A stretch of DNA of 64,000 bases, from contig CBDETY010000003.1 in NCBI GenBank assembly GCA_965243025.1, positions 5,792,001 through 5,856,000 of the forward strand, written 5' to 3'. How positions within the stretch are numbered: the stretch's first letter is position 1; each line of letters starts with the position of its first letter. Source of the DNA: Candidatus Latescibacterota bacterium. Its GTDB lineage: Bacteria > Latescibacterota > UBA2968 > UBA8231. The translations under genes were made by a program, and so were the position numbers. Below the pieces are notes generated by a model. The model was not told where the DNA came from, made no database searches, and saw nothing but the letters and a program-made list of their open reading frames with translations. Below, in pieces: positions 12,758-21,092 of this stretch.

Positions 12758-12963
12758 ACATCCGGGTCGGGGATTCCCCGATCAACCATCTCGGGACCGT
12801 ACCGTTCTAACTCTGCGGCACCCAAGAGGTTGCAGGCTTCCGGGGGAGCTGGGGCAGGACGGCTGCCGGTTCTGGCCAGGGGTTCTTCAGGGCCATTGAA
12901 GGTCACTTTTTCACGGTCGGCCAAAAGGCAGCGGATTTCTGGGGATTTCACTGCGAATCATAG

Positions 12964-12992
12964 TGGCCGAGAATCGCGATTGTCAGTATGAT
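12964..12992 (+). promoter_or_regulatory. Putative sigma70 promoter for the leader/adhesin transcript
   Basis: TGGCCG-N17-TATGAT followed by AT-rich sequence; weak -35. Confidence 0.35.
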
Positions 12993-13106
12993 TGTACAAA
13001 TTCTTTTTGAACGAAGGCTGCAACAGGCAGGTCTCGACCGGAGTTGGAGACATGAGCCCCTGCCTCCGGGGCCGCACTTCCCTTCTCCATCCACAAGGAG
13101 AACCAA

Positions 13107-13163
13107 ATGACGAACACGATTGTCACCGCATTCCTTGAAATGGGTGGAAGGCAGGATCCTTGA
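13107..13163 (+). CDS. Putative 18-aa leader peptide MTNTIVTAFLEMGGRQDP
   Basis: AAGGAG Shine-Dalgarno 6 nt upstream of ATG; stop codon lies at the loop/3' arm of the terminator-like hairpin. Confidence 0.45.
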   Translation: MTNTIVTAFLEMGGRQDP

Positions 13164-13183
13164 TCCGCCATCCCATTTTTTTT
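13140..13183 (+). terminator. Intrinsic terminator/attenuator hairpin upstream of the repeat array
   Basis: ATGGG..GGC.GGATC-ctt-GATCC.GCC..CCCAT imperfect stem followed by 8 T. Confidence 0.6.
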
Positions 13184-13201
13184 GCTGCAGAGCATACCTG
13201 C

Positions 13202-13619
13202 CCATCCGCGAAGGAAAGGCCCGGAACATTCTGATTGACCACAGAATAATCGCCTGACAACGCAACCATACCATCCGCGAAGGAAGGGCGCCGGAACATT
13301 CTGATCGACCACAGAATCAGCCGCCTGACAACGCAGCCATACCATCCGCGAAGGTAAGGCGCCGGAACATGCTGATTGACCACAGAATTAATCGCGTGAC
13401 AACGCAGCCATACCATCCGCGAAGGAAAGGTGCCGGAACATGCTGATTGACCACAGAATTGATCGCGTGACAACGCAACCATACCATCCGCGAAGGAAAG
13501 GTGCCGGAACATGCTGATTGACCACAGAATTAATCGCGTGACAACGCAACCATACCATCCGCGAAGGAAAGGCGCCGGAACATGCTAATTGACCACAGAA
13601 CCAATCGCGTGACAACGCA
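13202..13619 (+). repeat. Six tandem ~71-bp direct repeats containing the RBS, start codon and first codons of the adhesin
   Basis: Unit CCATCCGCGAAGGAAAGGTGCCGGAACATGCTGATTGACCACAGAATTAATCGCGTGACAACGCAACCATA starts at 13202 (69 bp), 13271, 13342, 13413, 13484 and 13555 (partial); no unique spacers. Confidence 0.95.
13369..13588 (+). other. Chain of three overlapping 25-aa uORFs (13369-13446, 13440-13517, 13511-13588)
   Basis: Each reads MLIDHRI(N/D)RVTTQPYHPRRKGAGTC* and stops inside ATGCTGA/ATGCTAA of the next start. Confidence 0.55.
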
Positions 13620-16600
13620 TCCCGTCCGTGGCGGATGCGCGGCCATAGTCTCCCTGGCCGCCCTGCTCTGTACCTCTTCCTCCTGGGCTCAAATCGGCTT
13701 GAGTCCGTCATTCGGGGACGGGACCGTTCAAAACCAGGTTTATATCGCAGACGCGGCGATCGAGCCGTTGGTGATGCCGGAAGCTTCGGGAGGGGACGGC
13801 GAGCTGGGATACCACGTGCTTCCAGAGCTTCCGGAGGGGTTGGTGTTCGAGAATGTCTCGAGAACCCTGTCGGGGACACCTGTGACCCCCCAGGCCGAGA
13901 CACTCTACGAATTGTTCGCTACCGACGCCGACGGCGATGCGGCCACCGTCTTCTTTTCCATCGAGGTACTCGAAGATCTGATGCCGGGCTTCGCTGAAGA
14001 TGTCGAGGATCGGATCTGGGCGGAAAACCAGGAGATCGAGCCGTTGGTGCTGCCAACGGCGGAGGGCGGCAACGGCGAGCTTTCGTATTCACTGGAGGGA
14101 GAGCTGCCCGAGGGGCTGGAATACGATGCGGCAACCCGGACGGTATCGGGAACCCCTGCAGTTTCCCCGCCCCCGACCGAGTTCACTTGGACAGCCTCCG
14201 ACGTGGACGGAGACTCGGATGAAGTGCGCTTCTACATCTTCGGGTCGGTTGCGGAGGACCTGGTGCCGGACTTCGCCGAAAGGGTCCCGGATCAGGTCTA
14301 CGTCGATGGTTGGCCTATTGAGCCTCTTTCGTTGCCAGATGCCACGGGAGGCACCGACGAGCTGGAATACTCGCTGGAGGGAGAGCTGCCCGAGGGGCTG
14401 GAATACGATGCGGTCACACGGACGATTTCGGGCACCCCTGTCGGGGCCCGGGCCCCCGGCGAGTACACATGGACAGCCACCGACGCCAACGGCGATGCGG
14501 CGGACCTGATCTTTTCCCTGGTGGTGGAAGAGGACGTCAACCCCGAGTTCACCGGAGAAGTGCAGAATCAGACGTGGATCCAGAACTCGGAGATTGCGGT
14601 GCTGAGATTTCCCGGTGCGGAAGGGGGCAACGCGCCGTATGTCTATTCGGTGTCACCTGAGCTTCCGGCGGGGCTGAGCTTCTGGGCAGGCGACCAGACG
14701 ATTTCCGGCACGCCGACGGAGGTCCGGGAACGGACCGTCTATGTGTACCGGGCCGTCGATGCCGACGGGGACCCGGTGGAACTGACTTTCTCACTGGAGG
14801 TGATCGAGGACCTGATGCCCAGCTTCGCCGAAGGTGTGGGGGGGCAGATCTGGACGGAAGATTCCGAAGTCGAGCCGCTGGTTCTGCCGGTGGGTTCGGG
14901 CGGAAACGGCGATTTGACCTACGAGCTCTCTCCGGAACTGGCACAGGGCCTGGTTTTCGATCCGGAGACGCGAACGATCTCGGGAACGCCCGTGGTACCC
15001 AAGGAACGGACCCGCCACGTGTACCGGGTGCTTGACGTCGACGGCGACGCCGCGGTTCTGACCTTCTCGGTGGAGGTTCTGAAGGATCTGATGCCGAGCT
15101 TTCCCGAGGCGGTGCAGAACCAGACCTGGATCCAGGACTCGGAAATCGCGGCCCTGGATTTGCCGGGTGCGGAAGGTGGCAACGGCGCGATCTCCTATTC
15201 GATTACTCCGGAACTTCCCGCGGGGCTGACATTCCGGCTGGGCGACCAGACGATAATGGGAACGCCGACGGAGGTCCAGGAACGGACCCTGTACGTGTAC
15301 CGGGCGGTTGACGCCGACGGAGATCCTGTGGAGACGACCTTCTCGCTGGCGGTGTTGGAAGACCTGATGCCGAGCTTCTCCGAGAGCGTGGAGGCTCAGA
15401 CCTGGACGGAGGATTCCCCCCTTGTCGAGCCGCTCCAGCTGCCGGCAGCGGAAGGGGGCAACGGTGCCTTGTTCTATTCGCTGTCTCCGGAGCTTCCGGA
15501 GGAGATGTCATTCGATGCGAGGACCCGGTTGATTTCAGGCAGGCCGACAGATCCACTTGATGAAACCGAGTACACGTTGACGGCAACCGACGGCGACGGC
15601 GACCCGGTCGATCTGGTCTTCTCGGTGACGGTGCTGGAGGACCTGATGCCGAGTTTCCCGGCAGTGGTTGGGAACCAGCTCTGGACGCAGGATTCGGAGA
15701 TCGAGCCGATCCAGGTTCCGGAGGCCGAGGGCGGCAACCGCGAGCTGGCCTCCATGAGGTATACGCTTACCCCTGAGTTGCCGGCGGGAGTGACGTTCGA
15801 CGCGGAATCGCTGACGATATCGGGCACCCCGGAGAATCCGCAGGATCTGACGCGCTACGTGATCCGGGCGAGAGACGCCGACGGGGACGTGGCGGGATTC
15901 GCGTTTACCGTGAGGGTTCTCGAGGATCTGATGCCGAGCTTCCCCGAAACCGTGGAGGATCAGATCTGGACGCAGGATTCGCCGATCGGGACGCTGGCGC
16001 TTCCGGTGGGCGAGGGGGGCAACGGCGTCGACCAGGTCGAGGGTCTGCTGAGCTATACGCTGTCACCGGACCTTCCGGACGGTCTGATGTTCGAGGGCAC
16101 CCGTCAGCGGATCCGGGGCACGCCGGCGGTGCCGATGGATGAGACGACGTTCACGTACACGGCCACGGACAACGACGGCGACTCGGTGGAGCTGACGTTC
16201 TCGCTGACGGTGCTCGAGGACCTGATGCCGAGCTTCCCGGCAGAGGTCAGGAATCAGCTCTGGACGCAGGATTCGGAGATCGAGCCGATCCAGCTTCCGG
16301 CGGCCGAGGGCGGCAACCGCGAGTTGGCCTCCATGAGGTATACGCTGACCCCTGAACTGCCGGCGGGGGTGACGCTTGACGAGGGGTCGCTGACGATTTC
16401 GGGCACCCCGGAGAACCCGCAGGATCTGACCCGCTACGTGTTCCGTGCGAGGGATGCGGACGGGGACGTGGTGGGGCTGGCGTTCAGCGTGAAGGTGCTG
16501 GAAGACCGGATGCCGAATTACGACGAGGGCGTGGAGGATCAGGTCTGGACGCAGGATTCTCCCGTCAGCCTGGCTCTTCCGGTCGGGATGGACGGCAACG

Positions 16601-19600
16601 GGGTCGACGGCGTCGAGGGCCTGTTGAGTTATACCCTGTCACCGGACCTTCCGGACGGTCTGATGTTCGAGGGCACCCGTCAGCGGATCCGGGGCACGCC
16701 GGCGGTGCCGATGGATGAGACGACGTTCACGTACACGGCCACGGACGACGACGGCGACTCGGTGGAGCTGACCTTCTCGCTGACGGTGCTCGAGGACCTG
16801 ATGCCGAGCTTTCCGTCAGAGGTCCGGAATCAGCTCTGGACGCAGGATTCGGAGATCGAGCCGATCCAGCTTCCGGAGGCCGAGGGCGGCAACCGCGAGC
16901 TGGCCTCCATGAGGTATACGCTGACCCCTGAACTGCCGGCGGGGGTGACGCTTGACGAGGGGTCGCTGACGATATCGGGCACCCCGGAGAACCCGCAGGA
17001 TCTGACCCGCTACGTGTTCCGTGCGAGGGATGCGGACGGGGACGTGGTGGGGCTGGCGTTTACCGTGAAGGTGCTGGAAGACCTGATGCCGAGTTTCGGC
17101 GAGAGCGTGGAGGATCACATCTGGACGCAGGATTCTCCGATCGGGACGCTGGAGCTTCCGGTGGCGGAAGGGGGCAACGGCGTCGACGGCGTCGAGGGTC
17201 TGTTGAGTTATACGCTGTCACCCGACCTTCCGGACGGTCTGATGTTCGAGGGCACCCGTCAGCGGATCCGGGGCACGCCGGCGGTGCCGATGGATGAGAC
17301 GATGTTCACGTACACGGCCACGGACGACGACGGCGACTCGGTCGAGCTGACCTTCTCGCTGACGGTGTTGGAGGACCTGATGCCGAGTTTCCCGTCAGAG
17401 GTCAGGAATCAGCTCTGGACGCAGGATTCGGAGATCGAGCCGATCCAGGTTCCGGAGGCGGAAGGAGGCAACCGTGAGTTGGCCTCCATCAGGTATACGC
17501 TGACCCCCGAGTTGCCGGCGGGGGTGACGTTCGACGATGAGTCGCTGACGATATCGGGCACCCCGGAGGATCCTCAGGATCTGACGCGCTACGTGCTTCG
17601 GGCGATCGACGCGGACGGGGACGTGGTGGGGCTGGCGTTTATGGTGAAGGTGCTGGAAGACCGGATGCCGAGTTTCGACGAGAGCGTGGAGGATCAAATC
17701 TGGACGCAGGATTCTCCGATCGGGACGCTGGAGCTTCCGGTTGCGAAGGACGGCAACGGCGTCGACGGCGTCGAGGGTCTGTTGAGCTATACGCTGTCAC
17801 CGGATCTTCCGGAGGGTCTGGTGTTCGAGGGCACCCGTCAGAGGATCCGGGGTACGCCGGCGGTGCCGATGGATGAGACGACGTTCACGTACACGGCCAC
17901 GGACAACGACGGCGACTCGGTGGAGCTGACCTTCTCGCTGACGGTGTTGGAGGACCTGATGCCGAGCTTCTCGGCAGAGGTCCGGAACCAGGCCTGGACG
18001 CAGGATTCGGAGATCGAGCCGATAGAGCTTCCGCAGGCTTCGGGTGGCAACGTGGAATTGACCGGTGAGTTGACTTATACGCTGACCCCTGAGTTGCCGG
18101 CAGGAGTGACGCTGAATGGCGCGACCATTTCAGGCACCCCGACGGTGGATCAGGAGCTCACCCGTTATGTGTACCGGGCGATTGACGCGGACGGGGACGT
18201 GGCCGGGGTGGCCTTCTGGGTGGTGGTCGCCGAGGACCTGACGCCGGAGTTCACCGAAGGCGTGGAGGACCGCGACTACCTCACCGATCTGGCGATCGCC
18301 GCATGGGTGCTGCCGGAAGCCACCAGCGGCAACGGCCTCCTGGTTTACACGCTGACCCCCGATCTACCGGAGGGTCTGTCGTTCGACCCGCCGTCGCGAA
18401 AGATAACGGGAACCCCGACGGTAGCTCAGGATCGCAGGGAATACACCTATACCGCGACCGATGCCGACGGGGACACAGGTTCGTTGACCTTCGGGCTGAC
18501 CATTACCCTGGCGAAGCCGACGGCGCGGAATCTCCTGCCTGACCTCCAGCTGCTGGCCGGCGGCAATGCGGCCAGTGTCAATGTGGACGGGCTGTTCACT
18601 GGTCAGAAACTGGAATACCAGTTCGAGTCGAACGACACCGATGTCGCCACGGTGCAGTCCGACGGGGCTTCTGCGGTGGTGACGCCGAAGCATGAAGGTT
18701 CGGCGATGGTAACGGTAACGGCGACCAATCCGAGCGGTTCTGTGGCAATCGAATTTTCCGTCGCTGTCAGCACCGCTCCGGAAGAGCGCGCCGTACTCGA
18801 TAACGTCCTCGCCGGTCTGGCGCGGGCGCGGCTGAGCAGTCTGACCGGTGTGATCGGCCGCCGCTTCGAGGCTGGTGCAGCTTCATCCATGAGCGCCTCC
18901 CAGGCTTCCAGGTACGAAGCCAGCCGCCGGGACCTGTGGTTCGACGATCTGGACGCGTCCCTGGGTGGCTCTGGCGGTTATGGCTTTGGCGGTCCCGGGG
19001 ATTCCCACCGGAAGCCGACCTCCAGACTGTGGGGCCGCACCTTTGCGGTGGCGCTCGGAAGCGGTGAAAGTGGCATGGGCGGCGAGTGGGCCGGGGCCGG
19101 TTCTGTTCAGTCCATGTCCGAGTCGTCGTTCAAGGTGCGCTGGAGCCTTTGGGGCGCCGGAGACCAGCAGAGTTTCAGCGGAGGCGAGTCCAACCAGTAC
19201 GAAGGGGACCTGCGCTCGGTGTACGTGGGTCTGGACGGCGAATTCGGGAAACCGTGGCTGGGTGGCAGTCGCTGGCTGAGCGGAGTGTCGGTTGCCAGCA
19301 GCAGCGGTGAAGCCGAGTACGATTTCACCGAGTCCGACATGAGCGGCAGCGGCACCCTTACGACGAGTCTGACGAGCGTTTACCCTTACATGCGGGGCGT
19401 GCTCGCCTCCGGCCTGGAGCTGTGGTCCATCGCCGGGGCAGGCTCCGGCGAGGTGACCAACGAACGGGCCCACCTGGACGGCACAACCGACGAAGGCGAC
19501 CTCACCATGGGGCTGCTGGCGTTGGGTATGCGCAAGCCACTGACGGCTGCGCAGACTCGGCTGACGCTGTTGGGAGATGCTGCACAGGAGTGGCTTTCCG

Positions 19601-20268
19601 CCAACGGCGCGGGTTCGCTTGCCTATAGCCCGGTGTCGTCGGTGCAGCGCGCGCGCATGGGTGTCGAGGTGGCGCGCCGCATGGGCGGCCTGGAACCGTT
19701 CGGCGAGGTGAGCGGCCGTTACGACGGCGGCGACGGGGACGCGGGATCGGGCGTCGAGGTGGCGGCCGGTTCGCGCTACCGCAGCGCCCGCCTCGACCTG
19801 GAGGCGCGGGGCCGCATGCTCGCCATGCACTCGGCCTCGGGCTACAAGGAGACCGGCTTCGGGGCGCGCATCCGGGTGCGGTCGCACGCCGACGGCACCG
19901 GCATGTCGATGTCGCTGTCCCCGCGCTGGGGCCGGGCGGAAGGAAACGGCACCTTGTGGAGAGACCAGGCCCTGCAGCTGAGGAGCGGGGGAGCAGTCGC
20001 TTCCGGACTTCGAGCTCCGGCGCTTGGGGGGGAAATCGGTTACGGTTTCGCCGCGGCGCAAGGTGTGCTGACTCCGACGCTGCAGATGCACCGCAGCGAC
20101 TATGGCAGCACGCGGTTGGGGCTGGCCCTGGGTTACACTCCCACGCCGGCCATGATGCGCGCCTTCGATATATACGGTGCGATGCTTGACCTCGGCATCG
20201 GTCGGGCCGAAAGCCGCGGCTCCGATCCGGAGCACGAAATCCGCATGAGGGGCCGGATGCGGTTGTAA
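13582..20268 (+). CDS. Giant surface adhesin/autotransporter-like protein: signal peptide, about 17 putative-Ig (He_PIG/cadherin-like) repeats, one further Ig-like domain, C-terminal beta-barrel
   Basis: Signal peptide ending SSWA|Q; repeated LPEGLxF...ISGTP...YTATDxDGD...EDLMP; barrel-like C-terminus (WSLWGAGD, YDGGDGDAGSGVEVAAG, LSPRWG). Confidence 0.88.
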   Translation: MLIDHRTNRVTTHPVRGGCAAIVSLAALLCTSSSWAQIGLSPSFGDGTVQNQVYIADAAIEPLVMPEASGGDGELGYHVLPELPEGLVFENVSRTLSGTPVTPQAETLYELFATDADGDAATVFFSIEVLEDLMPGFAEDVEDRIWAENQEIEPLVLPTAEGGNGELSYSLEGELPEGLEYDAATRTVSGTPAVSPPPTEFTWTASDVDGDSDEVRFYIFGSVAEDLVPDFAERVPDQVYVDGWPIEPLSLPDATGGTDELEYSLEGELPEGLEYDAVTRTISGTPVGARAPGEYTWTATDANGDAADLIFSLVVEEDVNPEFTGEVQNQTWIQNSEIAVLRFPGAEGGNAPYVYSVSPELPAGLSFWAGDQTISGTPTEVRERTVYVYRAVDADGDPVELTFSLEVIEDLMPSFAEGVGGQIWTEDSEVEPLVLPVGSGGNGDLTYELSPELAQGLVFDPETRTISGTPVVPKERTRHVYRVLDVDGDAAVLTFSVEVLKDLMPSFPEAVQNQTWIQDSEIAALDLPGAEGGNGAISYSITPELPAGLTFRLGDQTIMGTPTEVQERTLYVYRAVDADGDPVETTFSLAVLEDLMPSFSESVEAQTWTEDSPLVEPLQLPAAEGGNGALFYSLSPELPEEMSFDARTRLISGRPTDPLDETEYTLTATDGDGDPVDLVFSVTVLEDLMPSFPAVVGNQLWTQDSEIEPIQVPEAEGGNRELASMRYTLTPELPAGVTFDAESLTISGTPENPQDLTRYVIRARDADGDVAGFAFTVRVLEDLMPSFPETVEDQIWTQDSPIGTLALPVGEGGNGVDQVEGLLSYTLSPDLPDGLMFEGTRQRIRGTPAVPMDETTFTYTATDNDGDSVELTFSLTVLEDLMPSFPAEVRNQLWTQDSEIEPIQLPAAEGGNRELASMRYTLTPELPAGVTLDEGSLTISGTPENPQDLTRYVFRARDADGDVVGLAFSVKVLEDRMPNYDEGVEDQVWTQDSPVSLALPVGMDGNGVDGVEGLLSYTLSPDLPDGLMFEGTRQRIRGTPAVPMDETTFTYTATDDDGDSVELTFSLTVLEDLMPSFPSEVRNQLWTQDSEIEPIQLPEAEGGNRELASMRYTLTPELPAGVTLDEGSLTISGTPENPQDLTRYVFRARDADGDVVGLAFTVKVLEDLMPSFGESVEDHIWTQDSPIGTLELPVAEGGNGVDGVEGLLSYTLSPDLPDGLMFEGTRQRIRGTPAVPMDETMFTYTATDDDGDSVELTFSLTVLEDLMPSFPSEVRNQLWTQDSEIEPIQVPEAEGGNRELASIRYTLTPELPAGVTFDDESLTISGTPEDPQDLTRYVLRAIDADGDVVGLAFMVKVLEDRMPSFDESVEDQIWTQDSPIGTLELPVAKDGNGVDGVEGLLSYTLSPDLPEGLVFEGTRQRIRGTPAVPMDETTFTYTATDNDGDSVELTFSLTVLEDLMPSFSAEVRNQAWTQDSEIEPIELPQASGGNVELTGELTYTLTPELPAGVTLNGATISGTPTVDQELTRYVYRAIDADGDVAGVAFWVVVAEDLTPEFTEGVEDRDYLTDLAIAAWVLPEATSGNGLLVYTLTPDLPEGLSFDPPSRKITGTPTVAQDRREYTYTATDADGDTGSLTFGLTITLAKPTARNLLPDLQLLAGGNAASVNVDGLFTGQKLEYQFESNDTDVATVQSDGASAVVTPKHEGSAMVTVTATNPSGSVAIEFSVAVSTAPEERAVLDNVLAGLARARLSSLTGVIGRRFEAGAASSMSASQASRYEASRRDLWFDDLDASLGGSGGYGFGGPGDSHRKPTSRLWGRTFAVALGSGESGMGGEWAGAGSVQSMSESSFKVRWSLWGAGDQQSFSGGESNQYEGDLRSVYVGLDGEFGKPWLGGSRWLSGVSVASSSGEAEYDFTESDMSGSGTLTTSLTSVYPYMRGVLASGLELWSIAGAGSGEVTNERAHLDGTTDEGDLTMGLLALGMRKPLTAAQTRLTLLGDAAQEWLSANGAGSLAYSPVSSVQRARMGVEVARRMGGLEPFGEVSGRYDGGDGDAGSGVEVAAGSRYRSARLDLEARGRMLAMHSASGYKETGFGARIRVRSHADGTGMSMSLSPRWGRAEGNGTLWRDQALQLRSGGAVASGLRAPALGGEIGYGFAAAQGVLTPTLQMHRSDYGSTRLGLALGYTPTPAMMRAFDIYGAMLDLGIGRAESRGSDPEHEIRMRGRMRL
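15646..17958 (+). repeat. Four near-identical intragenic 576-579-bp repeats (two Ig domains each)
   Basis: Equivalent ATG codons of EDLMPS at 15646, 16225, 16801, 17380 and 17959; long identical DNA stretches. Confidence 0.92.
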
Positions 20269-20294
20269 GCTGACCGGGCCTCCCAGTGGAATCG

Positions 20295-20328
20295 AAACCC
20301 GCGCGGAAGTGATTCCGCGCGGGTTTTT
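20295..20328 (+). terminator. Intrinsic terminator of the adhesin gene
   Basis: Perfect 14-bp stem AAACCCGCGCGGAA-gtga-TTCCGCGCGGGTTT plus T tail. Confidence 0.85.
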
Positions 20329-20516
20329 CGGTATGGTTTCCGTTTCAGGCGAAACGCCTTCAGCCTCCCCGGTTTGGATCAATCCAGGATCGTTGACGTG
20401 GCAGCCGGGTCGGTTCCGACATCATCCCGGGATGAGGGGGGATTCGCCCTGACGCCCCGGCCGGAAACACGGCTCGGACCGGTTGCCAGCCGGCGTTCCC
20501 AGCAAAGGAGATACCA

Positions 20517-20990
20517 TTGATCGACCGAGAGCACATCCCGTCCCGGCCCCCGGCCGCCGGAATGCTCGCCTGCTGCCTGATCGCTTTTCTCGCGGCCGGA
20601 GTCGAAGCCCGCAGCAGTCGGGTTTCCCAGATTCCAAACGGTGGCGAAAACCGCTGCGCGAACTGCCATGTCAACCCGGGAGGCGGGGGGACCCTGAGCC
20701 TCTTTGGCCAGGTGGTCGAGGAGAGCTTTCTCACCGAAGCCGGCAGCCGCGGTTCGGTCATCTGGGGCCCCGAGCTCGCCGGGCTCGACGCAGATGAAGA
20801 CGGCTTCACCAACGGCGAAGAGCTCGGAGACCCGGAGGGGACCTGGACCTTCGGCGACGATCCCCCCGGCCATCCGGAAGCGGTAACCAACCCCGCGGAC
20901 CCGGACAGCCACCCACCGGAACCGGAGGCAACCGCAGTCGCGTTGACGACGTGGGGCCGGGTCAAGGGCATCCTGCAACTGCTTCGGTAA
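20517..20990 (+). CDS. Secreted temptin-like protein with CxxCH motif and C-terminal TTWGRVK motif
   Basis: AAGGAG + TTG start, signal peptide, IPNG..CANCH..GGGG, LDADEDGFTNGEELGDP. Confidence 0.7.
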   Translation: MIDREHIPSRPPAAGMLACCLIAFLAAGVEARSSRVSQIPNGGENRCANCHVNPGGGGTLSLFGQVVEESFLTEAGSRGSVIWGPELAGLDADEDGFTNGEELGDPEGTWTFGDDPPGHPEAVTNPADPDSHPPEPEATAVALTTWGRVKGILQLLR

Positions 20991-21063
20991 GCGTCGTTCC
21001 AGAATCTGGTTGAACGCAGCCTGTCGAGGAGGAGGCTTCCCGGAAGGGAACGCTCCGAACTCC

Positions 21064-21092
21064 TTGACAGGGGGGATGGCGGCTGCGATTCT
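21064..21092 (+). promoter_or_regulatory. Putative sigma70 promoter of the Tm-1-like operon
   Basis: TTGACA-N17-GATTCT with an extended TG; GGGTTGCAACCC palindrome just downstream. Confidence 0.45.

Noticed and set aside
12948-13512. Minus-strand repetitive ORFs (MVWLRC..., MFRHLSFADG...)
   Set aside because: By-products of reading the tandem repeat antisense in all three frames; no RBS or domain evidence
13202-13619. CRISPR array interpretation of the 71-bp periodic repeat
   Set aside because: The whole unit is repeated with no unique spacers, no cas genes are in the window, and the last unit is the adhesin start
13163-13636. 8-nt complementarity between the terminator 3' arm (ATCCGCCA) and TGGCGGAT in the adhesin 5' end as an antiterminator
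   Set aside because: The partner is transcribed ~460 nt after the terminator, so it cannot act co-transcriptionally; chance-level match
13582-20268. Diversity-generating retroelement or shufflon acting on the adhesin repeats
   Set aside because: No reverse transcriptase or recombinase seen; differences between copies are not adenine-specific; repeats are direct and in frame
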